From an uncultured Verrucomicrobia subdivision 3 bacterium (lineage in GTDB: Bacteria; Verrucomicrobiota; Verrucomicrobiia; Limisphaerales; UBA11358), in NCBI GenBank assembly GCA_903850425.1, contig CAINLR010000083.1, forward strand, positions 28,444-92,443: a stretch of DNA of 64,000 nt, read 5' to 3'. This document shows positions 18,530-25,816 of the stretch, piece after piece. The position numbers were made by a program, and so were the translations under genes. Positions within the stretch are counted from its first letter, which is position 1. Each line of letters begins with the position of its first letter. The notes beneath the pieces were generated by a model. That model saw only the letters and a program-made list of their open reading frames with translations. It was not told the DNA's origin and made no database searches.

Positions 18530-21500
18530 TCAGTGGATGATTAGCGAGTAGTTCAAGTTGACGGCCCGGTTGGCACTGTCCGTAACCTGCAGGGATAAGG
18601 TGAACGTGCCGGCCACCGAGGGCGTCCCCGACAACGTCGCCGTGTTGGTGTTAAAGTTCAAGCCCGGCACCAAGGTGGAGATACCCGGCATGGCCCAAGT
18701 GTAGGGCGACTGACCGCCCGTGGCGGTAAAGGTCACCGCGCCATACGGAGCGCCAACATAGCCGTCCGCGACCGCCGCCGGCGTGACTTGAATGAACAAC
18801 TGGTTCACCATATTCGCCAGGCTGGTGCCGTTGGGATACACGACTGGGTCATTCGTGGACCCGTCAAAGGAACCCCAAGCCCAGACCGGTATCTGGGTGC
18901 TCTCATTCAAGAATGAGTTGGTCGTCAGGGTAAACTGATTCAAGCTGCCATTCTCATAAACGGTGCCCACTTTATCATAAGTGAAAACCGTGCGGGGAAT
19001 GATTGTCCCCGGCCCGGAAAGACCCGGTCCGGCAGTGCTCGTGTCGAACTGGATGCCGCGCCCAACGCCGCCGGCACCAATTTGTGGACTGTTGGGGGAT
19101 GCCGTATCCCGCGCTTGCAGCAAAATGTCCGGCGCAGTGACGATCCGCTGATAATACTCCGTGATCGGCTGGCTGTTCGTGATCTTGACCATGGCGTAGG
19201 TATTCGTGATGGGCACGAAGAACTGACCCAGCAAGGAGTCAAAATTCGCCCGGACAAACTCGACGTGCTCAATGCCCTGACGCAAGGCCGAGGGCGCGGC
19301 CACCGTGTCGCAGGTGGCCAGTTGCACGACAAAGGTGGTGTTGGTGTCGCGATAGGTCGAGGTCTCGGAGTAGTTCTGCCCCAAATTGACTACGCCGGCC
19401 AGATTGGTAGAACTAAAGGTGTTGGTGGTGGTGACCACTGAGACCACCTGGGTGGACAAGATGCGAAAGTCGCAGAATGCCGGCGGCACCACATAGAATT
19501 CCCCGCCGATATGCGCGGGATAGACGTTGGTGGAAACAATGTTGGTCAGCGTGCCCACCAAGCCGTTGGTCCAGATGGCCAGATTGGTGGTGACCACGGT
19601 GATCGGGGCATTCGTGTAGTATTGATTAATAACGATTCCGCCAAAGTTGTAAGTATATTGCGAGACGATGTTGGTGGTGTAGTTGGTGCTAAAGGCCAGA
19701 GCCGGCTCGCAAACGCCCGGGCGAAGCGAGTAGAGATAATTGGTGTAAGACAAATACCAGAGATAAGAGAATTGCAAATTCTGATTGCCGGGCGCATTAA
19801 CGAAGTTGTTGGTGAATACGATATTGGTCGGGTAGATATAATTCGTCAGGAGCGGCGTAATCTGATAGCCGCACCAAGTGCTGGGAACGATGTAGAAGTC
19901 GCCACTGGGCAGGTTGGTGTAGAACTGTGTCTGCGTAACGTTGGTGGTCAGTGCCTCCGGCGAACCGCCCGGCGTGGCAAAGATGTTCGTGGCGAAGGAA
20001 GTCACCAAGGAGTTGCTGTAATAGTGATTGGTGACGACATTTAAGAACTCGTAGTCGTATTTTCGAACAATATTCGTTTCGTAATTGTTCGCAAAATAAA
20101 TCACCGGTTCGCAAATTCCGGGATAAACCGCGTAGTTGTAATTGGTATAGATGTCGTAGGTGTTCTGCGACAAGCCGTAGGCGTTGCCGCCCGTGAGATT
20201 GTTGGTTCCCGTGACACCATTGGTATTATATCCAGGGTAAATGATGACGTTGGTCAAGCCGGTCAGATATGGTGGTGACCCCAACGGTAGCGCCCTGATC
20301 AGATCAAAACCGCACCAGTTGGTGGGAATCAGGAAAAAGTCGCCAGAAATCATGTTGGTCTTGTAAGTAACCGTGTTGGTTCTGGCGACGAATGGACTGC
20401 CGTAGGGGGCACCGATCAGGTTGGTGATCCAGATGCTTTGCACCGTGACGAATCGGTTGGTGTAAAAGTGGTTGGTAAACACGTTTCCAAAGGTGTATTT
20501 CCAGGTGGTGACCCATTGAGGCTGGTAGGAATCTACTACGGTAACCAGTTTGGGGGCTCCTTGATAAGGAGCTCCAGTCAGGTTGGTCAGATAGCTGATA
20601 TAGTTGGTCACCCAAATGTAATCAACAGAAGTGTTCGTCCGAAGAATTTGAAGACCCGGATAAAACGCCAGCAAGGTGGCCGGATCGTTGGTCCGCGCCC
20701 GATCCACAAAGGTGGCCAAGTCCAAAGTCGAGATGAACGTGGGCGGCTGAGTAGTATCGTAGTTGATCACGGTCGGCCCCGGCTGGTTGGTGAAGAAATA
20801 AATGTTCGTTAGATAAGTGACTTGTGGCAGGCTGCCGGAAATGAGATTGGAATATACCGGCAACACCGATAGGTTGGTATAATAAGGAACCACATTGGTG
20901 GTGATTTCGACCGCAAGGAAATTGGTCTTCACCGGGCCCAGCATCAACCCCGGATAGAACCCAATGAGAGTGGCGGGATCTATGTAGGGAGCAAACACCA
21001 GCAACGGGGTCAGCGGGAAGGTGGAGAGCACGTTAGGCGGGTCGCCATATTGAACGGGGGACCAGTTCGTGAACGGCACAATACCATTGCTCGCATAGAC
21101 CGTTGCACCGTTGGCATAGGGAGGCAGAGTATTGGTGTAAGGTCCGGGCAAATTCGTAAAGTAGGCCGTGATGTTCGTGAACACGCGGTTGACGTAGTTC
21201 GTCGCCACCGAATTGATGGTCAGGCCGGGATAATTGGTCTGCAAGGTTGCCGGGTCGTTCGTTACGGATTGCGACAACAACAGGGCGATCGGCAGCGTCG
21301 TGAACAGCGACGGGGCCTGCACGTTGGTGGTCACCAGCAAGGAACCGGACGGCGCGGTCGCCTCGAAATTGATGTTGTTGGAGTTCAGCAAAAACCTCAA
21401 GCCGCCCACATCATCCCGCGTCAACCCGGTGTAAAAACCACCCGGCAGCACCGCGGCATTGGCGACGGCCGTAAAGGTGCTCGCAAACGGGTCCGGCGAG

Positions 21501-22159
21501 AAGGGCACGGTGACGGCCTGGGGCGGAATAGGGGTATTGCAACCTTCAGTAATGGAAAACGTGTAGAGCGTGCCGTTGATATACGGTGAATACTGAACTT
21601 GGGTTAACGGAGAGTCCTGAATGTCGTAATTCCGCTGAACCACCAGATAAAGGACATCGTCCGGACATTTTGCGCCGGGAAATGGCGTGGTCCAGCGGTC
21701 ATGCAAAGTCCAAACGTAACGGTCTGGCTCGGCCAGCCCCATCTGTTCAACCAGCAGGCCCAGCGTGGTTGATTTCAAATCGGTCAGGCCCAAAGCCGCG
21801 GCGGTATAATTGAACTGTTGGGACTCATAAGGAAATTCGGACAAATCCTTGCTGTAACTGGAAACCTTGCCAATGCTGTTCATGACGGCGAAAGCCGAGT
21901 CAATGTTCGTCATGCCGGCCAGGCCGAAGTAACCCAGAAAGGTGGAATCAGCGGCGTAATACATCACCGGCGTCACCCGGCGATACTCTTCGCTGATATT
22001 TTTGGGGGCCATGATGTCGCCCGGGAGGTTGTAACCGATGGTCGTGACTTGCCATCCGTCACCGCCAATGCTCGGGCCGCCAGTTGAATATCCCCAAGCG
22101 GTTGGGAGCGTCAATAGCAACGCGCCGACCCCGAAAAATGTTTTAATCAGTTTCCGCAT
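18530..22159 (-). CDS. Large secreted TN-rich protein: degenerate matrixin-like N-domain, internal repeats, C-terminal putative-Ig (He_PIG-like) domain
   Basis: Start moved to ATG 22159 (MRKLIKTFFGVGALLLTLPTAWG|). C-terminal ATGGQSPYTW...PGLNFNT.TATLSGTPSVAGTF is typical of putative-Ig domains. Confidence 0.75.
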   Translation of the reverse strand: MRKLIKTFFGVGALLLTLPTAWGYSTGGPSIGGDGWQVTTIGYNLPGDIMAPKNISEEYRRVTPVMYYAADSTFLGYFGLAGMTNIDSAFAVMNSIGKVSSYSKDLSEFPYESQQFNYTAAALGLTDLKSTTLGLLVEQMGLAEPDRYVWTLHDRWTTPFPGAKCPDDVLYLVVQRNYDIQDSPLTQVQYSPYINGTLYTFSITEGCNTPIPPQAVTVPFSPDPFASTFTAVANAAVLPGGFYTGLTRDDVGGLRFLLNSNNINFEATAPSGSLLVTTNVQAPSLFTTLPIALLLSQSVTNDPATLQTNYPGLTINSVATNYVNRVFTNITAYFTNLPGPYTNTLPPYANGATVYASNGIVPFTNWSPVQYGDPPNVLSTFPLTPLLVFAPYIDPATLIGFYPGLMLGPVKTNFLAVEITTNVVPYYTNLSVLPVYSNLISGSLPQVTYLTNIYFFTNQPGPTVINYDTTQPPTFISTLDLATFVDRARTNDPATLLAFYPGLQILRTNTSVDYIWVTNYISYLTNLTGAPYQGAPKLVTVVDSYQPQWVTTWKYTFGNVFTNHFYTNRFVTVQSIWITNLIGAPYGSPFVARTNTVTYKTNMISGDFFLIPTNWCGFDLIRALPLGSPPYLTGLTNVIIYPGYNTNGVTGTNNLTGGNAYGLSQNTYDIYTNYNYAVYPGICEPVIYFANNYETNIVRKYDYEFLNVVTNHYYSNSLVTSFATNIFATPGGSPEALTTNVTQTQFYTNLPSGDFYIVPSTWCGYQITPLLTNYIYPTNIVFTNNFVNAPGNQNLQFSYLWYLSYTNYLYSLRPGVCEPALAFSTNYTTNIVSQYTYNFGGIVINQYYTNAPITVVTTNLAIWTNGLVGTLTNIVSTNVYPAHIGGEFYVVPPAFCDFRILSTQVVSVVTTTNTFSSTNLAGVVNLGQNYSETSTYRDTNTTFVVQLATCDTVAAPSALRQGIEHVEFVRANFDSLLGQFFVPITNTYAMVKITNSQPITEYYQRIVTAPDILLQARDTASPNSPQIGAGGVGRGIQFDTSTAGPGLSGPGTIIPRTVFTYDKVGTVYENGSLNQFTLTTNSFLNESTQIPVWAWGSFDGSTNDPVVYPNGTSLANMVNQLFIQVTPAAVADGYVGAPYGAVTFTATGGQSPYTWAMPGISTLVPGLNFNTNTATLSGTPSVAGTFTLSLQVTDSANRAVNLNYSLIIH

Positions 22160-22169
22160 ACAAAATTTA

Positions 22170-24254
22170 TTAACGTAAGAGCTGCACTCGGTAGAGACCG
22201 ACGGCACTGCCACCCACATAGATTGAATCCGTAGTGCCCGCCGCATAGCGCGGCGAACCCAGATTGCTCCACCCGCCCAAACTCGTCATCACCTGCAACT
22301 GATAGATGGCACCCGGTTGGGTATTCCAACTCAGGAACAAGCCCTGGGCCGTCCTGGATAATTGCATCTTCAACCACGTGCTGGCATCCAGCGGGTTGCC
22401 GCCGCTTACAAAAACGTTCAGCAAGGTGGCCGAATTACCGGCCTGCAGCGGCGTGCTGGCGGACGGCCAGTAAGCGGTGTTGTAACTGCCATTGTAATAA
22501 CCGCCGAAGAACTGGGCCATCCATTCATAGGGAATCCCGCCCCAGTTGGGTCCACGCCAAGTGGTCCAACTGGTGGCCGGGGAAATTGGCGCGCGCCGGC
22601 CATCGGTCAACAGATAGTCCACTTGAAACGAATGGGTGCTGTTTGTGGTAAGGCCCTGGGCGGCGGTCATCGTCCATTGATTGCTCGCCGTCAAACCGGT
22701 CGGCACCGCCGCGCCGTCCACATAGACTTCGTAATTGGAGATCGAAAGGCCGAGGACCGGCGCCCAGGTGACGACGAGCCGGGGCTGATAGACATTGCTG
22801 ACCATAACAAACGGAGCCCACACCGAGGGTGCCGGCATCGCCTGCAAAATTGCGGAGGCGTTGACATAGCGCTGGGCGAGCACGTCAAAATTGTTGGGCA
22901 GACCGGTGAAGCTGGACCAGAATACCAAAAACTGATTGGCCCCGTCGGAAGCGACCACGGGTTGCATCTGCTGGCTGATGGTGGTGGTGTTGACCCGCAG
23001 TTCACTGCCGACCAGCGCGCCGTTGTTATGCACAAACTGGGCATAGACGCCTTCCCGCGATCCATCCTGCGCGAGACTGGTCCAAGTCACTAAATAGTCC
23101 AGAGCCAACGCACTGATGCGCGGGGCATATTGATCGCCATAGGTATGCGTGTTTACCAGAAACACCGTCCCGCCCGTCCCGCCGCTGCTGTAGGCACGCC
23201 CATAAACATCCAGGCTGTTGGTGCCGTTGTCCGTGTCCCGCGCGGTCCAGACAAAGCAATAACTGCCATCAGTCGCCACCGCCACGGCGGGCAGCGAACT
23301 CGGCTTGTTGTTCGCACTTACTAAAAACTCTGCAGCGGCCGCCGTCCCACTCGCGGTGAAGGTCCGGGCATAAATGTCCACGCTCGGAGCGAGCACGCTC
23401 GCGGAATTGACGATAACGCCGTTGGTCCCCGCCAATTGGCGCTGCTGTTCGGACACCCAGCCGACCACAAAACCACCGTTGGCCAGCGGCGCAATCGTCG
23501 GCGTGCGCTGATTGAATTTGGTGAATTGGTTCACCAAAAATTCGCCGCCGATTTTCTGGCCGGCCGGCGAGAGGATCTGCGCGTAAACATCCTGCATTGA
23601 ATTAGACCCCGCTTGATTATTGCTGGACCAGACGACGACCAGATTGCTGTTATTCAAAACGCACACCGCCGGGTTGATCTGAAAGCTATTCGTCGCGGTG
23701 CTCACGAGGATATCCGCCGTGAGAAACGTGTTGGTCGGCGTCAGCAAACGGGCGAAGATATGCTGGTAGCCGAGCTGGCCACCCTGCCAGACGAAAGCCG
23801 CACCACCATTTTTCAACAGCGCCACGCGGGCATTTTCCTGACTGCCCGCTCCTTGTTGATTCACCCGGAACGGGCTCAAGGTGCCGGACAAAGTGCTGTC
23901 CAACCGGCGGGCGCTCACGCCCCAATTGGTGCCGTCGGTGATGTTGTCCTGCCACACCACGAAACCGCCGGTGGTCGAGATCGCCGCATCGGGCAGCATT
24001 TGATCGCCAGGCAGCGAGCCGATGACGGCGTATTCGGTGCCGTTGGGGTTGTAGTAATTGGTCTGCGCGACGACAACGGAAGACAATCCGGCCAGCACCG
24101 AGCCAGCAAGGGCGATAGATTTTGAAACGCGCGCGGTGTTGAGCATCATTGGACGACGATATGGTAAACCAGCGCGGCGGCTTTGTCCAAAATTCACTTT
24201 GGTAAAACCAGCCGTCGCCATGTTGTTAATCCAGCTTCGCAAATTCATTTTCAA
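22170..24254 (-). CDS. Secreted protein with 'F.VN.......Q..P.VA.L..GGFVVVW' repeats, an FN3-like domain and an 'LYRV' C-terminal domain
   Basis: About 5 repeats (e.g. EFLVNQFTKFNQRTPTIAPLANGGFVVGW). LVVTW......SNYEVYVDG is FN3-like. Start uncertain (TTG 24254, ATG 24248 or later). Confidence 0.75.
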   Translation of the reverse strand: MKMNLRSWINNMATAGFTKVNFGQSRRAGLPYRRPMMLNTARVSKSIALAGSVLAGLSSVVVAQTNYYNPNGTEYAVIGSLPGDQMLPDAAISTTGGFVVWQDNITDGTNWGVSARRLDSTLSGTLSPFRVNQQGAGSQENARVALLKNGGAAFVWQGGQLGYQHIFARLLTPTNTFLTADILVSTATNSFQINPAVCVLNNSNLVVVWSSNNQAGSNSMQDVYAQILSPAGQKIGGEFLVNQFTKFNQRTPTIAPLANGGFVVGWVSEQQRQLAGTNGVIVNSASVLAPSVDIYARTFTASGTAAAAEFLVSANNKPSSLPAVAVATDGSYCFVWTARDTDNGTNSLDVYGRAYSSGGTGGTVFLVNTHTYGDQYAPRISALALDYLVTWTSLAQDGSREGVYAQFVHNNGALVGSELRVNTTTISQQMQPVVASDGANQFLVFWSSFTGLPNNFDVLAQRYVNASAILQAMPAPSVWAPFVMVSNVYQPRLVVTWAPVLGLSISNYEVYVDGAAVPTGLTASNQWTMTAAQGLTTNSTHSFQVDYLLTDGRRAPISPATSWTTWRGPNWGGIPYEWMAQFFGGYYNGSYNTAYWPSASTPLQAGNSATLLNVFVSGGNPLDASTWLKMQLSRTAQGLFLSWNTQPGAIYQLQVMTSLGGWSNLGSPRYAAGTTDSIYVGGSAVGLYRVQLLR

Positions 24255-25132
24255 ATCAACTCCGACTGCCGCTCACGGCATTGTTCTTCCAGCGCCGCCG
24301 CCAGACCTTTGAAACCCCAGCCGGCAAACAGGCCGCGCAATATATTTCGGTCCGGCGACTTCGGTTTCAGTTTCTCCGGCACCCATTCACAGGGCACTTC
24401 GTGCAGTCGCACGAGGGCCAGATTCCGACGCACATTCTCCGCCGCGCCGAGCAAGGCCGTCCGCAAGCGTTCGGATTTCACTTCAGCCAGCCGCGCCAAC
24501 AAAATTTCCACAGAACCAAACTGGTTCAACAATTCAGCCGCCGTCTTGGGCCCGATGCCGGCCACGCCGGGGATGTTATCCACCGCGTCACCCATCAACG
24601 CCAGCCAGTCGGCCACCTGCTCGGGCTCAACCCCCGCTTTCGCGTGGACTTGTGCGCGCGTCCAAACCGCGCCTGTCTTGTCGTTCGGATTCAACAAACC
24701 AATTTGATCCGAAACCAACTGCATAAAATCTTTATCCGCACTGGCAATGACCACCGGCCAGCCGTCTGCCGCCGCGCGCCGCGCCAGACAGGCGATGTAA
24801 TCATCCGCCTCGATCCCGTCGCCGCAAAATTCGGCCATACCCGCCGCCGCCAGATACTTTCCGATCTCGTCAAACTGCGGCCGCAAGTCGTCCGGCATTT
24901 CCGGCCGCTGCGCCTTGTAGGCCGGCAAAGCGGCCATCCGGGCCGCGCTCAAACCGCCATCCCAAACCACGATCAGGTGCGTCGGCTCCAAGGCCGCGCG
25001 CATTTTCTCGAGCATTTTTACAAAACCAAATATGGCATTCGTCGGCTGGCCGGAAGGCGAACGCAACTCGCGGATGGCGTGAAAGGCACGGTAGGCGTAG
25101 GCGTGTCCGTCAACAATCAGCAGCCGGTTCAC
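24251..25132 (-). CDS. Stand-alone 5'-3' exonuclease / flap endonuclease (PolA N-terminal-like)
   Basis: LLIVDGHAYAYRAF, TNAIFGF, YKAQR..MPDDL, EADD.I..LA, SADKDF.QL, GDAVDNIPGV.GIGPKTA (H3TH). No polymerase domain follows. Confidence 0.92.
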   Translation of the reverse strand: MNRLLIVDGHAYAYRAFHAIRELRSPSGQPTNAIFGFVKMLEKMRAALEPTHLIVVWDGGLSAARMAALPAYKAQRPEMPDDLRPQFDEIGKYLAAAGMAEFCGDGIEADDYIACLARRAAADGWPVVIASADKDFMQLVSDQIGLLNPNDKTGAVWTRAQVHAKAGVEPEQVADWLALMGDAVDNIPGVAGIGPKTAAELLNQFGSVEILLARLAEVKSERLRTALLGAAENVRRNLALVRLHEVPCEWVPEKLKPKSPDRNILRGLFAGWGFKGLAAALEEQCRERQSELI

Positions 25133-25797
25133 GGCTTCACTGCCAGGGCCGCCGCGCTGACTTTCTGCGAACCAACTTCCTTCACCACGCCATTGCCTTC
25201 CGACTGCTCGGGCGTGGTGGACTGCGCAAACGGCATTTCGTCGGGGGAATGCACGCGGTTGCCGGCCGGATCCACAATCGTCGCCGTGACAAAGATCATC
25301 AGGTTTTTCTTGACCGCGTGCTTGCTCTGGCTGCGGAACAAACCGCCCACCAACGGAAGATCACCCAAGACCGGCACCTTGTCCTTGGTGCTTTGCTGTT
25401 GCGAGGAAATCAACCCGCCAATCACCACGGTCTGGCCGTCCCAGACGTTCACCGTGGTCACGACCTGCCGCACTGTGAAGTTCGGCAGAATCGTCGGCAA
25501 CTGCACGACGTTCAGATTGCCGGTGACATTGGGGATATTCGGTGGCGCATCGTAGCCATTAAAATCGGTCATGGACGGAATGAGCGCCATGTTGATGGTG
25601 AATCCGTCGGACAAAACATACGGCACCACATCCAGAATCGGCCCGGTTTCCACGGATTGCGTGGTGGGCGTGATCGCGGAAGTTCCGGGATTGATCTGTT
25701 GGACTTGCGCCTGTAGCGACGGCGCCGCGACCAGACCACCGAGCGCCAGCGCGACGACTGCCGTTAGCCGAAGTTGATTTGCAGAATTGATTTTCAT
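25129..25797 (-). CDS. Secretin, C-terminal part, encoded as a separate gene with its own signal peptide
   Basis: GAGG RBS, then MKINSANQLRLTAVVALALGGLVAAPSLQA|Q, then secretin core strands TQSVETGPILDVVP...DGQTVVIGGL...KVPVLGDLPLVGGLFRS...LMIFVTATIVD. Confidence 0.88.
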   Translation of the reverse strand: MKINSANQLRLTAVVALALGGLVAAPSLQAQVQQINPGTSAITPTTQSVETGPILDVVPYVLSDGFTINMALIPSMTDFNGYDAPPNIPNVTGNLNVVQLPTILPNFTVRQVVTTVNVWDGQTVVIGGLISSQQQSTKDKVPVLGDLPLVGGLFRSQSKHAVKKNLMIFVTATIVDPAGNRVHSPDEMPFAQSTTPEQSEGNGVVKEVGSQKVSAAALAVKP

Positions 25798-25816
25798 GTT
25801 GCCTCGTTTCAAGAAA

